Assembly (NCBI GenBank): GCA_964016885.1
Contig: OZ024741.1
Span: 250,480,001-250,544,000, forward strand
Direction of reading: 5' to 3'
Length of the DNA: 64,000 bases
From: Eledone cirrhosa
Lineage: Eukaryota
Shown here: piece by piece, positions 13,955-24,825 of the stretch
How the letters are laid out: each line of letters opens with the position of its first letter
Position numbering within the stretch: position 1 is the stretch's first letter
Notes under the pieces: generated by a model
Seen by the model: the letters and a program-made list of their open reading frames with translations, nothing else
Told to the model about the DNA's origin: nothing
Databases searched by the model: none
Position numbers and translations under genes: made by a program

Positions 13955-16900
13955 CAAGGGGAGATAATTTCCAGTCGTCCAAAGAGAGACAATTTCTAGC
14001 CGTCCAAGGGGAGATAATTTCCAGCCAAGGGGAGAAAATTTCCAGCCGTCCAAGAGGAGATAATTTTTTAAAATATCAGGTGGAGATAATTTGTAAAAAA
14101 AATCAGGGGGAGATAATTTGTAAAAACAAAATCAAGGGCAGATAATTTCCAGCCGTCCAAGGGCAGATAATTTCCAGCCGTGCAAGGGGAGATAATTTGT
14201 AAAAAAAATCAGGGGGAGATAATTTCCAGCCGTCCAAGGGGAGATAATTTTCAGCAGTCCAAGGGGAGATAATTTCCAGCCGTCCAAGGGGAGATAATTT
14301 CCATCCTTCCAAGGGGAGATAATTTCCAGCCGTCCAAGGGGAGATAATTTCCATCCAGCCAAGGGGAGATAATTTTAAAAAAATCAGGCGGAGATAATTT
14401 GTAAAAAAAAAATCAGGGGGAGATAATTTCCAGCCAGCCAAGGGGAGCTAATTTGTAAAAAAAATCAGGGGGAGATAATTTGTAAAAAAAAATCAGGGGG
14501 AGATAATTTGTAAAAAAAAATCAGGGGGAGATAATTTGTAAAAAAAATCAAGGGGAGATAATTTCCAGCCGTCCAAAGAGATAATTTCTAGCCGTCCAAG
14601 GGGAGATAATTTCCAGCCAGCGAAGGGGAGATAATTTTTTTTAAAAAAATCACTGGGAGATTTGTAAAAAAAATCAGGGGGAGATAATTTGTAAAAAAAA
14701 TCAAGAGGAGATAATTTCCAGCCGTCCAAAGAGAGATAATTTCTAGCCGTACAAGGGGAGATAATTTCCAGCCGTCCAAGGGGAGATAATTTTTTAAAAA
14801 ATCAGGTGGAGATAATTTGAAAAAAAAATCAGGTGGAGATAATTTGTAAAAACAAAATCAAGGGCAGATAATTTCCAGCCGTCCAAGGGGAGATAATTTC
14901 CAGCAGTGCAAGGGGAGATAATTTCCAGCCGTCCAAGGGGAGATAATTTCCATCCTTCCAAGGGGAGATAATTTCCAGCCGTCCAAGGGGAGATAATTTC
15001 CCGCCAGCCAAGGGAAGATAATATTTAAAAAAATCAGGCGGATATAATTTGTAAAAAAATCAGGGGGAGATAATTTGTAAAAAAATCAGGGGGAGATAAT
15101 TTGTAAAAAAAAAATCAGGGGGAGATAATTTGTAAAAAAAATCAGGGGGAGATAATTTGTAAAAAAAAATCAGGGGTAGATAATTTGTAAAAAAAAATCA
15201 CGGGGACATAATTCGTAAAAAAAAATCAAGGGGAGATAATTTCCAGCCGTCCAAGGGGAGATAATGTTCAGCCGTCCAAGGAGAGGTAATTTCTAGCCGT
15301 CCAAGGGGAGATAATTTCCAGCCGTCCAAGGCGAGATAATTTCCAGCCGTCCAAGGGGAGATAATTTTAAAAAAAAATCAGGCGGAGATAATTTGTAAAA
15401 AAAAAATCAGGTGGAGATAATTTGTAAAAAAAAATCAGGGGGAGATAATTTGTAAAAAAATCAGGGGGCTATAATTTCCAGCGTCCAAGGGGAGATAATT
15501 TCCAGCCAGCGAAGGGGAGATAATTTTTTTAAAAAAATCACTGGGAGATTTGTAAAAAAAATCAAGGGGAGATAATTTCCAGCCGTCCAAAGAGAGATAA
15601 TTTCTAGCCGTCCAAGGGGAGATAATGTCCAGCCAAGGGGAGATAATTTCCAGCCGTCCAAGGGGAGATAATCTTTTCAAAAATCAGAAGGAGATAATTT
15701 GTAAAAAAAATCAGTGGGAGATAATTTGTAAAAACAAAATCAAGGTCAGATAATTTCCAGCCGTCCAAGGGGAGATAATTTCCATCCTTCCAACGGGAGA
15801 TAATTTCCAGCCGTCCAAGGGGAGATTATTTCCCGCCAGCCAAGGGAAGATAATATTTTAAAAAATCAGGCGGAGATAATTTGTAAAATAAATCAGGGGG
15901 AGATAATTTGTCAAAAAACAGGGGGAAATAATTTGTAAAAAAAAAATCAGGGGGAGATAATTTGTAAAAAAAAATCAGGGGGAGATAATTTGTAAAAAAA
16001 ATCAAGGGGAGATAATTTCCAGCTGTCCAAGGGAAGATAATTTCCAGCCCTCCAAGGGGCTATAATTTCCAGTGTCCAAGGGGAGATAATTTCCAGCTAG
16101 CGAAGGGGAGATAATTTTTTTTCAAAAAATCAGGGGGAGATTTGTAAAAAAAATCAGAGGGAGATAATTTGTAAAAAAATCAAAGGGAGATAATTTCCAG
16201 CCGTCCAAAGAGAGATAATTTCTAGCCGTCCAAGGGGAGATAATTTCCAGCCAAGGGGAGATAATTTCCAGCCGTCCAAGGCGAGATAATTTTTTAAAAA
16301 ATCAGGTGGAGATAATTTGTAAAAAAAATCAGGGGGAGATAATTTGTAAAAACAAAATCAAGGGCAGATAATTTCCAGCTGTCCAAGGGGAGATAATTTC
16401 CAGTCGTGCAAGGGGAGATAATTTCCAGCCGTCCAAGGGGAGATAATTTCCCGCCAGCCAAGGGAAGATAATTTTTAAAAAAATCAGGCGGAGATTGTAA
16501 AAAAAATCAGGGGGAGATAATTTGTAAAAAAATCAGGGGGAGATAATTTGTAAAAAAAAAATCAGGGGGAGATAATTTGTAAAAAAAAATCAGGGGGAGA
16601 TAATTTGTAAAAAAAAATCAGGGGGAGATAATTTGTAAAAAAAATCAAGGCGAGATAATTTGCAGCCGTCCAAGGGGAGATAATTTTCAGCCGTCCAAGG
16701 AGAGGTAATTTCTAGCCGTCCAAGGGGAGATAATTTCCAGCCGTCCAAGGGGAGATAATTTCCAGCCGTCCAAGGGGAGATAATTTCCAGCCGTCCAAGG
16801 GGAGATAATTTCCAGCCGTCCAAGGAGACATAATTTCCAGCCGTCCAAAAGAGGTAATTTCTAGCCGTCCAAGGGAAGATAAATTCCAGCCTCCAAGGGG

Positions 16901-19900
16901 AGATAATTTCCAGCCAGCCAAGGGGAGCTAATTTGTAAAAAAAATCAGGGGGAGATAATTTGTAAAAAAAAATCAGGGGGAGATAATTTGTAAAAAAAAA
17001 TCAGGGGGAGATAATTTGTAAAAAAAAATCAGGGGGAGATAATTTGTAAAAAAAATCAAGGGGAGATAATTTCCAGCCGTCCAAAGAGAGATAATTTCTA
17101 GCCGTCCAAGGGGAGATAATTTCCAGCCAGCGAAGGGGAGATAATTTAAAAAAAAAAATCACTGGGAGATTTGTAAAAAAAATCAGGGGGAGATAATTTG
17201 TAAAAAAAATCAAGAGGAGATAATTTCCAGCCGTCCAAAGAGAGATAATTTCTAGCCGTCCAAGGGGAGATAATTTCCAGCCGTCCAAGGGGAGATAATT
17301 TTTTTAAAAATCAGGTGGAGATAATTTGAAAAAAAAATCAGGGGAAGATAATTTGTAAAAACAAAATCAAAGGCAGATAATTTCCAGCCGTCCAAGGGGA
17401 GATAATATCCATCCTTCCAAGCGGAGATAATTTCCAGCCGTCCAAGGGGAGATAATTTCCAGTCGTCCAAAGAGAGACAATTTCTAGCCGTCCAAGGGGA
17501 GATAATTTCCAGCCAAGGGGAGAAAATTTCCAGCCGTCCAAGGGGAGATAATTTTTTAAAATATCAGGTTGAGATAATTTGTAAAAAAAATCAGGGGGAG
17601 ATAATTTGTAAAAACAAAATCAAGGGCAGATAATTTCCAGCCGTCCAAGGGCAGATAATTTCCAGCCGTGCAAGGGGAGATAATTTGTAAAAAAAATCAG
17701 GGGGAGATAATTTCCAGCCGTCCAAGGGGAGATAATTTTCAGCCGTCCAAGGGGAGATAATTTCCAGCCGTCCAAGGGGAGATAATTTCCATCCTTCCAA
17801 GGGGAGATAATTTCCAGCCGTCCAAGGGGAGATAATTTCCATCCAGCCAAGGGGAGATAATTTTAAAAAAATCAGGCGGAGATAATTTGTAAAAAAAAAA
17901 TCAGGGGGAGATAATTTCCAGCCAGCCAAGGGGAGCTAATTTGTAAAAAAAATCAGGGGGAGATAATTTGTAAAAAAAAATCAGGGGGAGATAATTTGTA
18001 AAAAAAAATCAGGGGGAGATAATTTGTAAAAAAAATCAAGGGGAGATAATTTCCAGCCGTCCAAAGAGATAATTTCTAGCCGTCCAAGGGGAGATAATTT
18101 CCAGCCAGCGAAGGGGAGATAATTTTTTTTAAAAAAATCACTGGGAGATTTGTAAAAAAAATCAGGGGGAGATAATTTGTAAAAAAAATCAAGAGGAGAT
18201 AATTTCCAGCCGTCCAAAGAGAGATAATTTCTAGCCGTACAAGGGGAGATAATTTCCAGCCGTCCAAGGGGAGATAATTTTTTAAAAAATCAGGTGGAGA
18301 TAATTTGAAAAAAAAATCAGGTGGAGATAATTTGTAAAAACAAAATCAAGGGCAGATAATTTCCAGCCGTCCAAGGGGAGATAATTTCCAGCAGTGCAAG
18401 GGGAGATAATTTCCAGCCGTCCAAGGGGAGATAATTTCCATCCTTCCAAGGGGAGATAATTTCCAGCCGTCCAAGGGGAGATAATTTCCCGCCAGCCAAG
18501 GGAAGATAATATTTAAAAAAATCAGGCGGATATAATTTGTAAAAAAATCAGGGGGAGATAATTTGTAAAAAAATCAGGGGGAGATAATTTGTAAAAAAAA
18601 AATCAGGGGGAGATAATTTGTAAAAAAAATCAGGGGGAGATAATTTGTAAAAAAAAATCAGGGGTAGATAATTTGTAAAAAAAAATCACGGGGACATAAT
18701 TCGTAAAAAAAAATCAAGGGGAGATAATTTCCAGCCGTCCAAGGGGAGATAATGTTCAGCCGTCCAAGGAGAGGTAATTTCTAGCCGTCCAAGGGGAGAT
18801 AATTTCCAGCCGTCCAAGGCGAGATAATTTCCAGCCGTCCAAGGGGAGATAATTTAAAAAAAAAATCAGGCGGAGATAATTTGTAAAAAAAAAATCAGGT
18901 GGAGATAATTTGTAAAAAAAAATCAGGGGGAGATAATTTGTAAAAAAATCAGGGGGCTATAATTTCCAGCGTCCAAGGGGAGATAATTTCCAGCCAGCGA
19001 AGGGGAGATAATTTTTTTAAAAAAATCACTGGGAGATTTGTAAAAAAAATCAAGGGGAGATAATTTCCAGCCGTCCAAAGAGAGATAATTTCTAGCCGTC
19101 CAAGGGGAGATAATGTCCAGCCAAGGGGAGATAATTTCCAGCCGTCCAAGGGGAGATAATCTTTTCAAAAATCAGAAGGAGATAATTTGTAAAAAAAATC
19201 AGTGGGAGATAATTTGTAAAAACAAAATCAAGGTCAGATAATTTCCAGCCGTCCAAGGGGAGATAATTTCCATCCTTCCAACGGGAGATAATTTCCAGCC
19301 GTCCAAGGGGAGATTATTTCCCGCCAGCCAAGGGAAGATAATATTTTAAAAAATCAGGCGGAGATAATTTGTAAAATAAATCAGGGGGAGATAATTTGTC
19401 AAAAAACAGGGGGAAATAATTTGTAAAAAAAAAATCAGGGGGAGATAATTTGTAAAAAAAAATCAGGGGGAGATAATTTGTAAAAAAAATCAAGGGGAGA
19501 TAATTTCCAGCTGTCCAAGGGAAGATAATTTCCAGCCCTCCAAGGGGCTATAATTTCCAGTGTCCAAGGGGAGATAATTTCCAGCTAGCGAAGGGGAGAT
19601 AATTTTTTTTCAAAAAATCAGGGGGAGATTTGTAAAAAAAATCAGAGGGAGATAATTTGTAAAAAAATCAAAGGGAGATAATTTCCAGCCGTCCAAAGAG
19701 AGATAATTTCTAGCCGTCCAAGGGGAGATAATTTCCAGCCAAGGGGAGATAATTTCCAGCCGTCCAAGGCGAGATAATTTTTTAAAAAATCAGGTGGAGA
19801 TAATTTGTAAAAAAAATCAGGGGGAGATAATTTGTAAAAACAAAATCAAGGGCAGATAATTTCCAGCTGTCCAAGGGGAGATAATTTCCATCCTTCCAAG

Positions 19901-22370
19901 GGGAGATAATTTCCAGCCGTCCAAGGGGAGATAATTTCCCGCCAGCCAAGGGAAGATAATATTTAAAAAAATCAGGCGGATATAATTTGTAAAAAAATCA
20001 GGGGGAGATAATTTGTAAAAAAATCAGGGGGAGATAATTTGTAAAAAAAAAATCAGGGGGAGATAATTTGTAAAAAAAATCAGGGGGAGATAATTTGTAA
20101 AAAAAAATCAGGGGTAGATAATTTGTAAAAAAAAATCACGGGGACATAATTCGTAAAAAAAAATCAAGGGGAGATAATTTCCAGCCGTCCAAGGGGAGAT
20201 AATGTTCAGCCGTCCAAGGAGAGGTAATTTCTAGCCGTCCAAGGGGAGATAATTTCCAGCCGTCCAAGGCGAGATAATTTCCAGCCGTCCAAGGGGAGAT
20301 AATTTAAAAAAAAAATCAGGCGGAGATAATTTGTAAAAAAAAAATCAGGTGGAGATAATTTGTAAAAAAAAATCAGGGGGAGATAATTTGTAAAAAAATC
20401 AGGGGGCTATAATTTCCAGCGTCCAAGGGGAGATAATTTCCAGCCAGCGAAGGGGAGATAATTTTTTTAAAAAAATCACTGGGAGATTTGTAAAAAAAAT
20501 CAAGGGGAGATAATTTCCAGCCGTCCAAAGAGAGATAATTTCTAGCCGTCCAAGGGGAGATAATGTCCAGCCAAGGGGAGATAATTTCCAGCCGTCCAAG
20601 GGGAGATAATCTTTTCAAAAATCAGAAGGAGATAATTTGTAAAAAAAATCAGTGGGAGATAATTTGTAAAAACAAAATCAAGGTCAGATAATTTCCAGCC
20701 GTCCAAGGGGAGATAATTTCCATCCTTCCAACGGGAGATAATTTCCAGCCGTCCAAGGGGAGATTATTTCCCGCCAGCCAAGGGAAGATAATATTTTAAA
20801 AAATCAGGCGGAGATAATTTGTAAAATAAATCAGGGGGAGATAATTTGTCAAAAAACAGGGGGAAATAATTTGTAAAAAAAAAATCAGGGGGAGATAATT
20901 TGTAAAAAAAAATCAGGGGGAGATAATTTGTAAAAAAAATCAAGGGGAGATAATTTCCAGCTGTCCAAGGGAAGATAATTTCCAGCCCTCCAAGGGGCTA
21001 TAATTTCCAGTGTCCAAGGGGAGATAATTTCCAGCTAGCGAAGGGGAGATAATTTTTTTTCAAAAAATCAGGGGGAGATTTGTAAAAAAAATCAGAGGGA
21101 GATAATTTGTAAAAAAATCAAAGGGAGATAATTTCCAGCCGTCCAAAGAGAGATAATTTCTAGCCGTCCAAGGGGAGATAATTTCCAGCCAAGGGGAGAT
21201 AATTTCCAGCCGTCCAAGGCGAGATAATTTTTTAAAAAATCAGGTGGAGATAATTTGTAAAAAAAATCAGGGGGAGATAATTTGTAAAAACAAAATCAAG
21301 GGCAGATAATTTCCAGCTGTCCAAGGGGAGATAATTTCCAGTCGTGCAAGGGGAGATAATTTCCAGCCGTCCAAGGGGAGATAATTTCCCGCCAGCCAAG
21401 GGAAGATAATTTTTAAAAAAATCAGGCGGAGATTGTAAAAAAAATCAGGGGGAGATAATTTGTAAAAAAATCAGGGGGAGATAATTTGTAAAAAAAAAAT
21501 CAGGGGGAGATAATTTGTAAAAAAAAATCAGGGGGAGATAATTTGTAAAAAAAAATCAGGGGGAGATAATTTGTAAAAAAAATCAAGGCGAGATAATTTG
21601 CAGCCGTCCAAGGGGAGATAATTTTCAGCCGTCCAAGGAGAGGTAATTTCTAGCCGTCCAAGGGGAGATAATTTCCAGCCGTCCAAGGGGAGATAATTTC
21701 CAGCCGTCCAAGGGGAGATAATTTCCAGCCGTCCAAGGGGAGATAATTTCCAGCCGTCCAAGGAGACATAATTTCCAGCCGTCCAAAAGAGGTAATTTCT
21801 AGCCGTCCAAGGGAAGATAAATTCCAGCCTCCAAGGGGAGATAATTTCCAGCCAGCCAAGGGGAGCTAATTTGTAAAAAAAATCAGGGGGAGATAATTTG
21901 TAAAAAAAAATCAGGGGGAGATAATTTGTAAAAAAAAATCAGGGGGAGATAATTTGTAAAAAAAATCAAGGGGAGATAATTTCCAGCCGTCCAAAGAGAG
22001 ATAATTTCTAGCCGTCCAAGGGGAGATAATTTCCAGCCAGCGAAGGGGAGATAATTTAAAAAAAAAAATCACTGGGAGATTTGTAAAAAAAATCAGGGGG
22101 AGATAATTTGTAAAAAAAATCAAGAGGAGATAATTTCCAGCCGTCCAAAGAGAGATAATTTCTAGCCGTCCAAGGGGAGATAATTTCCAGCCGTCCAAGG
22201 GGAGATAATTTTTTTAAAAATCAGGTGGAGATAATTTGAAAAAAAAATCAGGGGAAGATAATTTGTAAAAACAAAATCAAAGGCAGATAATTTCCAGCCG
22301 TCCAAGGGGAGATAATATCCATCCTTCCAAGCGGAGATAATTTCCAGCCGTCCAAGGGGAGATAATTTCC
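13955..22370 (+). repeat. Recent tandem duplication inside satellite 1 (3488 bp period; copies about 13955-17460 and 17443-22370)
   Basis: Rare variants recur at a fixed offset of 3488: AGTCGTCCAAAGAGAGAC at 13973/17461 and CGGGGACATAATTCG at 15201/18689. ORF-track pairs agree: 14103/17591, 14493/17981, 14829/18317, 15435/18923. Confidence 0.92.
18419..21340 (+). repeat. Nested 1450 bp tandem duplication (about 18419-19890 and 19869-21340)
   Basis: CGGGGACATAATTCG at 18689 and 20139. Identical track ORFs at 18923 and 20373. Downstream offsets become 3488+1450=4938 (16590 vs 21528). Confidence 0.92.
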
Positions 22371-24825
22371 CGCCAGCCAAGGGAAGATAATATTTAAAAA
22401 AATCAGGCGGAGATAATTTGTAAAAAAATCAGTGGGAGATAATTTGCAAAAAAATCAGGGGGAGATAATTTGTAAGAAAAAAATCAGGGAGAGATAATTT
22501 GTAAAAAAAATCAGGGGGAGATAATTTGTAAAAAAAAATTAGGGGTAGATAATTTGTAAAAAAAAATCAGGGGGACATAATTTGTAAAAAAAAATCAAGG
22601 GGAGATAATTTCCAGCCGTCCAAGGGGAGATAATTTTCAGCCGTCCAAGGAGAGGTAATTTCTAGCCGTCCAAGGGGAGATAATTTCCAGCCGTCCAAGG
22701 GGAGATAATTTCCAGCCGTCCAAGGGGAGATAATTTTTAAAAAAAATCAGGCGGAGATAATTTGTAAAAAAATATCAGGTGGAGATAATTTGTAAAAAAA
22801 AATCAGGGGGCGATAATTTGTAAAAAAAAATCAGGGGGAGATAATTTGTAAAAAAAATCAAGGGGAGATAATTTCCAGCCGTCCAAGGGAAGATAATTTC
22901 CAGCCCTCCAAGGGGCTATAATTTCCACCGTCCAAGGGGAGATAATTTCCAGCCAGCGAAGGGGAGATAATTTAAAAAAAAAAATCATTGGGAGATTTGT
23001 AAAAAAAATCAGGGGGAGATAATTTGTAAAAAAAATCAAGGGGAGATAATTTCCAGCCGTCCAAGGGGAGATAATTTTCAGCTGTCCAAGGAGAGGTAAT
23101 TTCTAGCCGTCCAAGGAGAGATAATTTCCAGCCGTCCAAGGGGAGATAATTTCCAGCCGTCCAAGGGGAGATAATTTTTTTAAAAAAATCAGGCGGAGAT
23201 AATTTGTTAAAAAAAATCAGGGGGAGATAATTTGTAAAAAAAAATCAGGGGGAGATAATTTGTAAAAAAAATCAAGGGGAGATAATTTCCAGCCGTCCAA
23301 GGGAAGATAATTTCCAGCCCTCCAAGGGGCTATAATTTCCAGCGTCCAAGGGAAGATAATTTCCAGCCAGCGAAGGGGAGATAATTTTTTTTAAAAAATC
23401 ACTGGGAGATTTGTAAAAAAAATCAGGGGGAGATAATTTGTAAAAAAAATCAAGGGGAGATAATTTCCAGCCGTCCAAAGAGAGATAATTTCTAGCCGTC
23501 CAAGGGGAGATAATTTCCAGCCGTCCAAGGGGAGATAATTTTTTAAGAAATCAGGTGGAGATAATTTGTAAAAAAAATCAGGGGAAGATAATTTGTAAAA
23601 ACAAAATCAAGGGCAGATAATTTCCAGCCGTCCAAGGGGAGATAATTTTCAGCAGTGCAAGGGGAGATAATTTCCAGCCGTCCAAGGGGAGCTAATTTCC
23701 ATCCTTCCAAGGGGAGATAATTTCCAGCCGTCCAAGGGGAGATAATTTCCCGCCAGCCAAGGGAAGATAATATTTAAAAAAATCAGGCGGAGATAATTTG
23801 TAAAAAAAATCAGGGGGAGATAATTTGTAAAAAAATCAGGGGGAGATAATTTGTAAAAAAAAATCAGGAGATAATTTGTAAAAAAAATCAGGGGGAGATA
23901 ATTTGTAAAAAAAAATCAGGGGTAGATAATTTGTAAAAAAAAATCAGGGGGAGATAATTTGTAAAAAAAAATCAAGGGGAGATAATTTCCAGCCGTCCAA
24001 GGAGAGATAATTTAAAAAAAAATCAAGCGGAGATAATTTGTAAAAAAAAATCAGGGGGAGATAATTTAAAAAAAAAATCAGGGGGAGATAATTTGTAAAA
24101 AAAATCAAAGGGAGATAATTTCCAGCCGTCCAAGGGAAGATAATTTCCAGCCCTCCAAGGGGCTATAATTTCTAGTGTCCAAGGGGAGATAATTTCCAGC
24201 TAGCGAAGGGGAGATAATATTTTTTCAAAAAATCAGGGGGAGATTTGTAAAAAAAATCAGAGGGAGATAATTTGTAAAAAAATCAAAGGGAGATAATTTG
24301 CAGCCGTCCAAAGAGAGATAATTTCTAGCCGTCCAAGGGGAGATAATTTCCAGCCAAGGGGAGATAATTTCCAGCCGTCCAAGGGGAGATAATTTTTAAA
24401 AAAATCAGGTGGAGATAATTTGTAAAAAAAATCAGGGGGAGATAATTTGTAAAAACAAAATCAAGGGCAGATAATTTCCAGCTGTCCAAGGGGAGATAAT
24501 TTCCAGCCGTGCAAGGGGAGATAATTTCCAGCCGTCCAAGGGGAGATAATTTCCCGCCAGCCAAGGGAAGATAATTTTTTAAAAAATCAGGCGGAGATTG
24601 TAAAAAAAATCAGGGGGAGATAATTTGTAAAAAAATCAGGGGGAGATAATTTGTAAAAAAAAAATCAGGGGGAGATAATTTGTAAAAAAAAATCAGGGGG
24701 AGATAATTTGTAAAAAAAATCAGGGGTAGATAATTTGTAAAAAAAAATCAGGGGGAGATAATTTGTAAAAAAAATTCAGGGGGAGATAATTTGTAAAAAA
24801 AATCAAGGGGAGATAATTTGCAGCC

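Larger units (their letters stand above)
1..24825 (+). repeat. Two-monomer tandem satellite (25 bp A type and about 26-29 bp B type) sharing a GGGGAGATAATTT core
   Basis: Continuous array of AAGGGGAGATAATTTCCAGCCGTCC and AGGGGGAGATAATTTGTAAAAAAAATC in short alternating runs, all in one orientation. About 900-950 monomers, estimated from length divided by mean monomer size. The array runs off the left edge of the window. Confidence 0.98.

Noticed and set aside
97-24564. Dozens of minus-strand ORFs (MDGWKLSPLGRLEIISPWTAGNYLPL...)
   Set aside because: They are translations of the 25 bp monomer cycling through all three frames. They overlap each other, mostly start at TTG, and are broken by variable A tracts. 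No domain is recognisable.
1-24825. CRISPR-like pattern of constant core plus variable segment
   Set aside because: The core is only 13 bp, the intervening segments are 12-16 bp and fall into two recurring classes rather than unique spacers, and there are no cas genes or leader.
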